Shown one piece after another: positions 39,175-49,868 of a stretch of DNA of 64,000 bases (position 1 is the stretch's first letter; each line of letters starts with the position of its first letter). The notes below the pieces were generated by a model. It was not told the origin of the DNA and did no database searches. It saw only the letters and a program-made list of their open reading frames with translations. The stretch is from Heterodontus francisci (Eukaryota): assembly GCF_036365525.1 (NCBI RefSeq), contig NC_090416.1, forward strand, positions 17,270,945 to 17,334,944, in the 5' to 3' direction. The translations under genes and the position numbers were made by a program.

Positions 39175-39715
39175 CCAGCCATGGCTCAGTGGGTAGAACT
39201 CGCATTTGCGTCAGCATGTCGTGGGTTCAAATCCCACTCCTGACAGTTGAGCATATAATCCAGACAGACAGGCCCAGTGCCAGTACTGAAGGAGTGCTGC
39301 CCTGTAGGAGGTGCCACCTTTCAGATGAGATGTTAAACTGAGGCCCCGTCTGCCCTCTTAGGTGGACAGAAAAGATCCTACATAGCTTATTTTTGAAGAG
39401 TTCACCTCCGGTGTACGAGGCCAATATTTATCCCTTAACCAGGCACTAAAAGAGTCTTTATCACATTGCTGTGGGATTAAGCTGTGTGTTAATTAGCAAA
39501 CAAAATCCTTCACTATAAAAAGTATTTTCATCAGCTTTGCTTTTCAAAAGGTATACCTGTATATCTGTGCCTAACAATGCTTCCAGAACAAAGTGCCAGC
39601 ATAGTTTGGCTGCCGTGTTTCCCACATAGTAACATTTCAAAAGTACTTAGTTGGCTGTAAAGCATTTTGGGACATCCAAAGATCACAAAAGGTGCTACAT
39701 AAATCCAAGTCTTTC
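39175..39715 (+). mobile_element. DeuSINE (SacSINE1-like), interrupted
   Basis: GCCATGGCTCAGTGGGTAG head and GATGAGATGTTAAACTGAGGCCCCGTCTGCCCTCT core. Confidence 0.68.
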
Positions 39716-41168
39716 TATTAGGGCCACCAGCTGCCAGTAAGCAGCTATAACTGTGGCTCAATTCCCTGCACAATGTGGTACTGTATCATACAGACCAAGG
39801 TGGTCAAGGCTCTCCCTACACTGAGTTTACTGAGCTAGTGCAAGTAACAGGACTTAATATCAGGCCTCGGGGTCACTGAGCTGTGGGAAAGAACATCAGT
39901 CACGTTTTCCATTCCTAATCCCTGTTGGAATGGAATTGGAATGATGCTCACATGTGGAGATGGTGGGTGAAGGCAGGATCAGGTTCTACTGGTAAACAGC
40001 CTGGCGAGATCCACTGCCTAGGCTCACCTGTCAAGTAAGAGAAGGTATGGTGGGCTGCCGGCACCCATGAATCTGTATCAAATTGAGTCATCAGAGGAGA
40101 GGTGCGCGCGCAGGTGAAGAAATGTTAATACCAAGCTGACCATACATTTGAAGCACTTGCTATCAACACTGCCCAGCATGATTTCAGACACACAAAAAAG
40201 CTAGGCTTCTGTTAACAAGGATAGTACAAAGACTAGCAGCCACAGATTTAAGGTTTTGAGCAAGCAATATAAGGGGAAATGTGAGGAAGAACTTTTTTTT
40301 TTAAATCAGCAAGTGGTAGTGACCTGGAACTCTCAGCCTATGAGAGAAGTGGAAGCAGAGAATGATCAATGATTTCAAAAGGAAATTGAATGGGCACTTG
40401 AGGGAAATGAACTTGCAGGGCTACAGGATGAAGTGGAGGAAGAGGACTGACTGGATTGCTCTACAGAGAGCCAACATGATTCAATGGGCCAAACGGCCTC
40501 CTACTGTGCCATCATGACTCTAAGGAAGTGGGGGGTGGGGTGGCAGGGGAAGGATGTTGCACTTCAGTGAATGTTTGCAGTGTTTGAGAGGAGTTAATTA
40601 TATCAAGTCTATTCTTAATTTCTACACGTAATTTTTTTTTAAAAAAAGGCTGTGACTTTTATGTTCACATCAAGGTGAGTGTTCAATTTCTTATTTCTTC
40701 AGTGTCTATGCAGATTTAAAACAAAGCAAAACCTTCACGTCACATTAAAACCACATGGCTGAGTAAATAATTGCACTGCCCAGTGAGAGATACTGGGCCA
40801 CACAGGCCAAGAAAACCTCATTTCCATCTCTGGTCTGTGCTACATTAATTGATCTGAGCCTGAATGGTGGTAAGGATATTACAAATCAATTTCCCTGCCC
40901 GTGGACTGAGGGAAGGGAAAAATTTAACCAGTCACTTTGACTGCTCCTAATCATTATTCAGTAATCCCACCCAGATAGCATGAATGTGTGGATTTCTGGT
41001 GAGGACAGGATTAGGCTCAGCTATGATGCCTCCCATAGCCCAATGCTGGCATTGGCCTTCTAGGTTTGCACATTTGGAATGGGCACTGCAGTGTGGTATC
41101 TGAAAAGCAGCTGTATTTGTGGAACCAACAGCTGGGAGAAAATTGGGAAATAAAACACAAACACTCAC

Positions 41169-41221
41169 CCTGAATTCAGCGAGTATCTTGGATTTCACAA
41201 CAACTCGTGTTTTATTGCTCA
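41169..41221 (-). CDS. RPRD2: RPRD2 exon 5, (V)SNKTRVVVKSKILAEFR
   Basis: 53 bp, cag| acceptor and |gtgagt donor; KSKI.AEFR motif; phase compatible. Confidence 0.85.
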
Positions 41222-42442
41222 CTGTAAAGGAAGGGAAAATGGAATTAGCAGTGTGAACAGCAGTCTCACCAGTGCACAATTCTGTAGGGCCATCACTAGG
41301 ATTTCAGTGAATCCTAATGGTGGAAATCTCAAAGTACAAGTGTTTATCTTTGGGTGTGCAGGTCATTCCCAACCACTCTCTGATATCTTTGGCAAGAAAT
41401 GCTGTCAACCAAAAATGAGAGCAAAGCTCTGAAAATGCTGAAAAATTAGGACTCGGAAGTGATTATAAAATCATCGATGACAGCTCAGTTCCTGTGGTTT
41501 GGATGTTAACTGAACCCATGGCAATACCACTGCTCTGTTAATGGCACTCTAGCACATCTTTACTATACATATAAAATTGTACACTACAGCATCAACGTCC
41601 TGTTGAAGCCATGATTTTGCAGAGAGTCACAGATTCAAGTCTCTTGGACCAAAGCCAAGGGAGCAGTACATGCGCTGCAACTGACCCCAACGGATTATAA
41701 AAGGAGGAAGCAAGTTAACCTGCCTTCCTGCTCCTGATCATCACCCAGCATCTCCTACAGAAAAGTGTCCATGTGAGGACGACAGGAGAGGACAGTTTCA
41801 AACACGGTACTGGAGGGCCCTCCCACATACCCCAAAAGAAATACCCTATCAACACTCATGGCTCTTGCATGAAGAATGGCCATTTGGCAAGGGTACCAGA
41901 GAGACTCGAAGTGCAACAGGCAGGAGTAGGTGTGATCTGGATACCAAGGATAAAAGCATGGAGCTGAGCGTCAACATTTGTGTTATTTCTGCTGACCAGT
42001 CAAAAAACTCTGCAGTAATAATACTGTTTTCCTTGGCTGGCTGACAACGTCTTTCGGGTATTAGGGCAATGGATTCCAGAAGCATGTCGATATCTTGTAA
42101 AGGATCCCTTACAAAGCTTGAAAACCATGTTAGACAGACACAGGTACACAGATATCAGATGACACAACTCAGACCTGAATACTCAACTAACTACCCACAG
42201 CCAAAGGGTTAAACACATATAGACACCTTACTGCCAGGTTACACTGTCGCAAGATAGAATAATAAGATCCCCAGTATACTTACAATGCCTAATATCTAAC
42301 TTCTGTTTTATCAGTGCTGTGAGTGCATGAGAACAGCACAAGTAAGATACCGTTTGAACGTCACAAAAGATTAAGAGGTGTTTTATTTAATAATCTGAGA
42401 TTCTGAACACATCTTCCCCACTGTCCAAAATTTGTTTCATAC

Positions 42443-42481
42443 CTGTTTTCACTTTTGTAAATTCAGCTGTCTTTCGTCCAA
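42443..42481 (-). CDS. RPRD2: RPRD2 candidate small exon 4, (V)GRKTAEFTKVKT
   Basis: 39 bp, phase 1-1, cattttag| acceptor and CAG|gtatga donor. Frame-neutral linker exon at the expected position; no recognisable homology. Confidence 0.6.
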
Positions 42482-44547
42482 CTAAAATGAATGGAAACAA
42501 GTGAAAAATAGTGAATTTCCTGTTCGCTTCGTCTGAAGTCTTTGTAACAATCGCTCCAGACTGTATGGTGATATGTTTTATTTGCATTTGTTCGTAAGGG
42601 AAGTGTTAACTATTAAAAACATTTTGTGTAAAGCATCTGGCCTCATGAAACGGTTTCAACTGTTGAAGACTGGCAGAAATAGGACCCAGCCCACATCTCC
42701 ATTCATTTGCAAATAAATTGCACTCTCTGTTTCTAGACAAAGGTTGCGCAGGTTGGTCTTCAAGTGCTCCTACCTGTGAGGAAGTGCTTTGTCTCTGCTT
42801 GGCACGTTCCCTGACTGAGATCGATAAATTGTCTCATGGGGAAACTGCAGACATGAACCCACTTTCCGCTCAGTCTGTGGTGTAAGGTGCACATCATTGG
42901 GCCAATCAGTGGTGCTTGATGTAAACTATTAGTTCATGTAATTCTGTTCAGTTTAATGCCCTCTGCAATCTTATATACTCAAACTGCAATATTTCTATTT
43001 TCATACAATTTCAAAAGAAACATGTTTGTTAATATAAGACACAGGTGCAGTCCCCTAACAGCACAGAGAGAAACCAGTATGTCCCAGAGGTCTGATCCAG
43101 GCAATCTCAACTACAGCGACAGTTACACGCTATAGTTGCCCCTCAGCTGTGTGGAGAAGAGGAGAAATTTTTCTCCTGATCAGGAACCTGCACACGAGTG
43201 GATGTTAGTTGAGCGTGGACTGGGATTGGCTGTTCGGTTCTTCATGGTTTAATAGCCTGTCAATGCTCACAGTCTAGGTCAGGCAAGAGAATGGCCCCTG
43301 GGTCAGTGGAGCCACTGCCCAGCCAGAATCAGCACCTTGAGGATAAAACAAAAATGCTTGAATTAACTCCAGTGTATAAACTGCACCCTTATTGGTGGCT
43401 GCTGTTTTGATGTAAATTGCACATCTTCAATAGATAAAATACACAGATGATGGGGTAAGGGACATACCAGAGCATTTTTCAGTTCACAGACAAGCACTGT
43501 TGGAAAGATACATAACTTGCTGTAGCTTGAATTTTCCCTCAAGTTAAAAGCCATCAGAACCTACTTCAGTAACTGTTGTAATAGCAGAGGAGGAGAGGAA
43601 TGCACACAGGCCACAGTCAGAGTAAAGAGTTCGGAGGTGGGGAGCCGGATATAGACCTTTAGGAAGCTACAAAGATAGAGAGCGATAAGGTGAAGTATGC
43701 ACCGTGTCAAGGATGGGAGCCCAGCCAGAAGTGCAATGGAGTATTTTACTTTGAGGGCATTTTTGAGATTTTCAGTGGCAGATGGGCTGAGGCAGGGGTA
43801 GAGATGGGAAATATTGAATATGTTGTCTTCATGATGGACTGCAATATCCCCAAGAGTGACTGTGACTACCAATGTGCTGGTCTTTGAGAATATACAATGT
43901 ATTATCACATGCATATCCAAGAGCACTGCAAGGGAGTTTGCAACAGATCAGCTGGTGTGCATACAACTTCGAATTGCTAGCTCCACTCCAGAACAGTAGC
44001 AATTCCGAAAGGCCAAGTTCCAAACATACAGGCACCCACAGCTTAGAGCTTTTGGTGTAGGATGGATCCAAAGTTCTTAAAAGCCCCTGAATCCAAAAAC
44101 AAAAGTGTGGTGTGCTACAATTCTACTCCATGACATTACTGAAAGACATGAAACTCTTGACCACAGCATCCTCCAGAATACAGCATCATACTGGAACTAT
44201 GTCCACGCAAAGCACCTGTTTATTAAGGTAACTGGACTGACAGTTCACAGGTGAATAGTAACGTACAACTTCTCTCAAACTGGTAAAATGCTTGCTTTGC
44301 CACATGGCATGAGATCACATGTGCCTTCTAGTGTCACTTTCCTGGGAAATTAGTTGTTACACAAGGAGAGGGATGGAACAGAAGACTATATAATGGGAGC
44401 ACAGCTTATAGTAATGCCTACCAGCTGACTTGAATAAGTGACACGTTACTGTTTAGGGTGAAGTAACCTGCTTTTAAAAAAAAATCTTCTCAATATTCTT
44501 AGAACAAACACTGTACAGTCCTTTTTCATTACACAAACTACCCTCAC

Positions 44548-44648
44548 CAAGAGCAGCACGCAGGTCCACAATCAATTCCTCTGGGTAGACGCTCCTCTGC
44601 TCCCATATTGTGAATATTCGCTCCACTGATTTGCGAATGGAAGGATCC
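44548..44648 (-). CDS. RPRD2: RPRD2 exon 3, (R)[33 protein letters not shown]
   Basis: 101 bp, tag| acceptor and |gtgagg donor; C-terminal helices of the CTD-interacting domain (CID). Confidence 0.93.
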
Positions 44649-46019
44649 CTAAAGAAAGCCAAAAGTTAAAAGGGTATTTGTGAATTGTTGTGAGCTTGGA
44701 ACCACAGAGCATTTTACTTAGCTTTTGAGATGTAAAGTTTGCTATTTGAGTTTTGTCATAGATTCATCCTGTGTTGTGTCCATGTTTGTTCTATGATGGG
44801 GACAAAGGGATCTGCACATTTTGTCTGTGTAGATCTCTCCTGCGTTGCCTCCCAATCCCCCATTTTCACATTCTTTTCTCCATTTTTATATCTCTGCACC
44901 TAATGATCTTTCACATCAAATTATTTTCTACTGTACACTTTGTAGATCAATTAATTCATCAACCTCCCTCTCCGTGAGTGGTGTATCTGATCATCTGCCG
45001 CTCCCCCATTTTCAATTCCTCCTCTTCCCCACCCCCACAATCTTCCTAAAATGCAAGCTTATCTTCAGGCTGCAGTTCTGATGAAGGGAACACACCCATT
45101 TTTTGCTCTTTACAGATGTTGCCTAACGCGCTGTGCATTTCTGGCACTTTGTTTTAATTTCAGAACATGTAGTTGGTCCAGTTTTGGATAACATTGTAAA
45201 ACTAGCCCATCTGTGCAAGTTCTTCTCATTACACTAATCTTCCCCCTTTAAAATCCAAGAACAGCAGTATCACTAGTTGGTTTCTGTCCCATTTTCTATG
45301 AAATAGGCTGCAGGAACTCAGTAAGTTATTGTCTATCAACTAAAAAGTAGCTGAGAACTTGCAGTTACAAAGTTTTGCCAATATCCCACGAGAAGGGAAC
45401 AAAAGTTTCCTTGCACTGGTTACATTCACCACTGTGGGACATTTTTGTACATTTGTTGGCACTACAGCATGTAGCTGGAGACAACTGTAACAAAGACAGG
45501 TATGTCAAAAACTTGTCAGGTTGCTGTGAGGAAGAGAGATCACCTGGGGAAACTGTGCTCCTGCATGACCAGAAAAGCCAGAGATTTCTCCTAACTTAAT
45601 TCATGCTTCAACAACTCTGCTCCATGTGATGGTTAAATTCTGAAAGAGCTTCACACACAGTACAAACAGCATGTGAAATTGCAGCCTGGCACTCACTGCA
45701 AGGCATTTTTATATATGCAGAGCTACATTAAAGTTTAGCAGCTGCCAGCACTTTGTATGGTGGACATGTTCAGTGAAAATTTAAAATATCTAAAATTTAT
45801 CTTTGCTAATATTCTATGTTTGGTCCAATTCCCATCAAGCTGATTTAAAAAAATATAGTTATGCAATGTGCAGTTTCAATTTTCCACAACTGCCATGAAT
45901 CATTGAAATTTATTTACGATTTGCCTGTATGCTTCTTCAGATTCAGGCCACTCCATCTCCACACAGAGCTCCTTTTTACGCCTTAACTTCTGTCAGCAAA
46001 AACTGAAAAGTAACAAATG

Positions 46020-46480
46020 TTACACCCAATTCAAAGAGGGGAAAGGGACGTGTCGGGAAATTATAAGCCAGTTATTCCTTCCTGGGTTGTGGGTAAACTT
46101 CTAGATACCATTATTACATAGTAGAATGAATGACTTTTTAAAGAGAAATGGGGTAATCAGGGACAGTTGGCATAGATTTGTAAAGGACCACTTGACTAAT
46201 GGAATTTTTAAGTGAATAAGACTGCACAGACAAAAGGGAAAGCAGTGGATTTTAAGAAAGCATTTAATAAGGTGCTACTTAAAAGACTTGTTACAAAAAT
46301 TAAGGTGCATAGTATTAAAAGGGAACGTAGCCACATGGGTAGAGACAGCTACTGGACAAAAGATAGCATGTCCCATGTCGGGATCTTCTTGCTGCCTATT
46401 TACAAACATAAGCTGGACATAGATACAAAAGGAATCATATACAAGTTTGCTAACTATGATGAATTTAGGGAGGCACGGCA
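46020..46480 (+). mobile_element. Degenerate CR1-like RT fragment
   Basis: Residual motifs GNYKPV, DFKKAFNKV and KFANY(DD). Confidence 0.65.
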
Positions 46481-47971
46481 AACTGAGAAAATTTTGAGAA
46501 CACATCAGTTTAGCATAATGCGCAATGAACAAACAGGTGACCACAGTCCAATAGAAGATACTTGATGCTGATATTTCACCCCTGAATTTTCAAGGTATTT
46601 ACCAGTTCAATACAGGAAAAAAGGTGCTTTCATAATTCATTTCTATTATCTGCTGGCTGCAGGATTCAGGCTGGTCCTTATCTTCTTGAATCATAGAACT
46701 CATAGCACAGAAAAAGACCATTCAGCTCATGGTACACCATCTGTCATATTGTGCAGGTGTCTTTAACAGGAACTTTCTCAATCTTCATTATACAATTGGC
46801 AAGTTTGGGGTGGACATATACAGACATGCAAAAGCAAACAAATTTCTCAAATGGAATTTAAATAAACATGGCTTATTGAGATAACATTTAAACATATTGC
46901 AATATTGTAAGCCTCATCACGTAACAGCTTATTACATAAACCAGTCCTCATCTATTCCCCAAGTACATTTAATTGCCCTTTTATAGATATGAAATGAATT
47001 TATAAATAGATTTTCTTTAAGTGAACATTTAATGAAATCTTGTAGGTCTCTAGTCTACCAGAACCCCAAATTTCTTCATCAGAAAAGTGACTCCACTTTA
47101 AAAATACTTCATCAGCTGTAAAGCAGGCAGGGACAGCCCGAGGTCTTGAAAGGCACTACGCAAGTGCAAGCTTGCTTTCTTGGGCTTGGACTGTTCAATG
47201 TGTCAACTGGTTTACGTCATGACACAAGAACATGGATGCGACGGACTAGCAGTCAAATTCATAGCCACGAATGCAGATTGCTGAAAGGGTCATACTACCA
47301 ACTCAAAGCACCCCTGCATGCAGACAAGTTTTTTGGAGGGAACAGCCTGCATGGAAGCTGAAATCAGTGAAGTACATGAACACAGTAGGCCAGCAGTACA
47401 TCCCCCTTTAAGATCCAGAACGTGCAGTAATTTAAAAGCACTAGTATCCAGCTTTCAATGCCCCTCTTCAGACAGAGCTAATGCTTGAAAAGTCAAAAAC
47501 TATCACTGGATATTTTTCACACATCATTACACTTCACTGAAAACCCAGTGACATGGTTAGATTGATAATATAGATTTCAACTTGACATGTAGAAGAAAGG
47601 CAGCAATTAAAGATGCAAGAAAACAGCTTTCAAGAAACACTGTTGAATTTTACCTAGTTCAGTTCCTCATTAAATTACCATTCCCAAGATACTTAACCTT
47701 CCCAAACACCTAGGATTCTAATTTTAAACTAACTGAACTAATCCCATTCTGACTTAAGCTCTTGAAAACAAGTCATTTTTGCTCTCTGTAGTAATACAAT
47801 CTACAATCTCTACTTGATTTCATTAAATTCAATTGACAGATTCCAGCTTACTAGAGTCAAATAAAAACTGCCATCACTACAGTCAAGAAACAGAAATGAC
47901 AGCAAAATGTATATTCAATGAACAGACTGGTTTAAAATATTCAGTAATTTATCCAAATGTAGTGCTTCAAA

Positions 47972-48971
47972 GGGGATGCTGCTAATGATGTTATGGAGTT
48001 GTTCATAGAACTGGTCTTTAGCTTCAGGTGCGGAACAGAGTGTTGGAGCATAGATGCTGAGTAGGTGTACTGGACCAGAGGTGGTGAGCAGTCGGATGGA
48101 CAGTATGCGTTCCGAGCCATTTGAGGGAGGCTCTATCATGCTGAGCAAGGAGTTTCTGATGGCGAAGCCCACTCCATGCTGTCTTGGTTCTTCAGGATCC
48201 CTGCCCTGCCAGAAGAAGGTGTAGTCTTGCTCTGCTAGAGAGCCACTCGCGGGGAGGCGAGTCTCCTGAAGTGCTGCAATGTCCACATTGAGTCTACTGA
48301 GCTCGTTGTTAATGATGGCAGTCTTCCGAGAATCGTTGATTTGTGTAAGGTCTTCCGACAGGCCAGGACACATAGTTCTGACGTTCCAGCTTGCAAAGCG
48401 AAGGGCTGGTACCTTCTTTCCTTTTTTCATGTTGTTTGGTGCGGTGTATCAGTCCACCTTTCGGGCAATGACCCTGAGCTCCAAGCACCCATTGAAGCAG
48501 GCAGACTGTGGCGGGACAGAACCTTATTGACCGGGGGCTGCCCGGTTTGAGGCGGGCGGTAGCTGTCCAGTGAGGTGCAATGACCTCTCCCACCGACAAA
48601 GGCAACCCGTGGCGCCCAGTTTCTACGCCAATTTATCTGGACTTATAACCCGTAACTGCTGCCTTCCGTGTTGTTTCAGTCGCTGTGAGGCAACTATGGA
48701 GTGACCTCTCCATGGCGCATGCCTGGGCAAATTTATGGAGGTTGAGAGTTGCCCAGTCGTCAAAACCCCCCTCTCGGCCTTTCTGGTGGGGTCCAAAGGA
48801 GTGCAGGACACGACGTTTGGCACCAGTATGGCTGCAGGAACTGCCGGAAACATGCCAAAGGTGACACATGACCGCCTACGGGGTTCCGCTCCGGATTTTC
48901 TGTTAGGGTTTACTCCCTTAGCCTTGGTCTCTCCCGAGACGCCCACAAGGCAGTGGGGTTGTTGGGGCCCC
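47972..48971 (-). mobile_element. Inverted 5' part of the RTE element: 5' UTR plus ORF start (ATG at 48430) encoding the N-terminal APE endonuclease
   Basis: ORF 47915..48430 has APE motifs SWNVRT, DIAALQETR, HGVGFAI and SIYAPT. Its end, FYEQLHNIISSIP, is repeated at the start of the sense part. Confidence 0.92.
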
Positions 48972-48994
48972 TACACAGGTGTAGGATGGTGCCG

Positions 48995-49192
48995 GTGGGA
49001 GGAGGGGATGCAAGGGGGAGGGGTAGAGGGAGGGGGTGGGTGCAGGGGAAGGGGGTGCGGGGTGAAGATGGTGCGAGGGGGGGGCGGGCTGGGACGGGGT
49101 TGTGAGGGGGTGAGCTGAGAGGGTGGAGCAGGGAAGGGGACGGGGGTGGGGGGGTGTGGAAGGGGGGTAAAGGGGGGGGGGAGGGGGGGTGG
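48995..49192 (+). repeat. G-rich low-complexity tract (many G4-G9 runs; G-quadruplex-capable)
   Basis: Directly visible; lies inside the DNA captured by the RTE insertion. Confidence 0.85.
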
Positions 49193-49868
49193 AATCTGGT
49201 GCAGGTAATAAGCCATTTCCTCAGTGCCCACCATCGACGTCCGGAAAGCTCATCCACGTCCTTCGGGAGGTGAAGCATCATTTGGCAGACTTAGAGGTGA
49301 TTACATTTGCTAAGGGTTTTTTTTTTGCAGTGGTTTAAATAAAGGCATGCAGCATTGCCGACAGTGCGCTGCAGATGCTCTCCGAGCCATCTCCCGCGGG
49401 CGCTTTGAAGTTGCGGCCGGGGGGGCCGTTCGTGGATGTTTTGGGTGTTCGGGGCACCTTTTCACAGGACTTCTCTCGGGTCCCGCGGCTCCTTCTTCAC
49501 CTCAATGGACTTACCGCATGCCGTGGCTGCAGACACTCTGGACTGTGAAGACAGCAGGATCGGAGATTAAAGTATCGGCAGCTGTTCTCGTCAGTTTCAT
49601 CCGGATCAATTTCATTGAGAAAACAAAGAGCAGGTGTGGCTGGGGGAGGGCAGTGGGCCCAGGTAACATACACTAAACTAACTGTTAACTTTTAGATAGG
49701 GCTAAAATGAACTGATTTAAAGAGCCAGGGGAATTTAAACAGTTTAAGAGGGCAGATTGGGGGAGAAAACGTTAGGGATGGGAGCAGATGGCCATGGATA
49801 GAGTTGAACAGCAAGGGAGCTTCCTAGGGAGCTTCCAGCCCAGGAGCCATCTTGAACCCTTTGGAGTT

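Noticed and set aside
48860-48971. Twister or hammerhead ribozyme at the RTE 5' end
   Set aside because: Neither the twister loop-4 consensus nor the CUGANGA/GAAA hammerhead core is present. It is kept only as an unclassified structured candidate.
48910-49281. Pro-rich and Gly-rich ORFs (48910..49281, 48971..49234, 48735..49118)
   Set aside because: They are artefacts of the G/C-run tract.
49460-49530. Minus-strand peptide GKSIEVKKEPRD, loosely like the end of an RRM domain
   Set aside because: It is very short, is followed by a stop, and has no upstream RNP motifs; probably chance.
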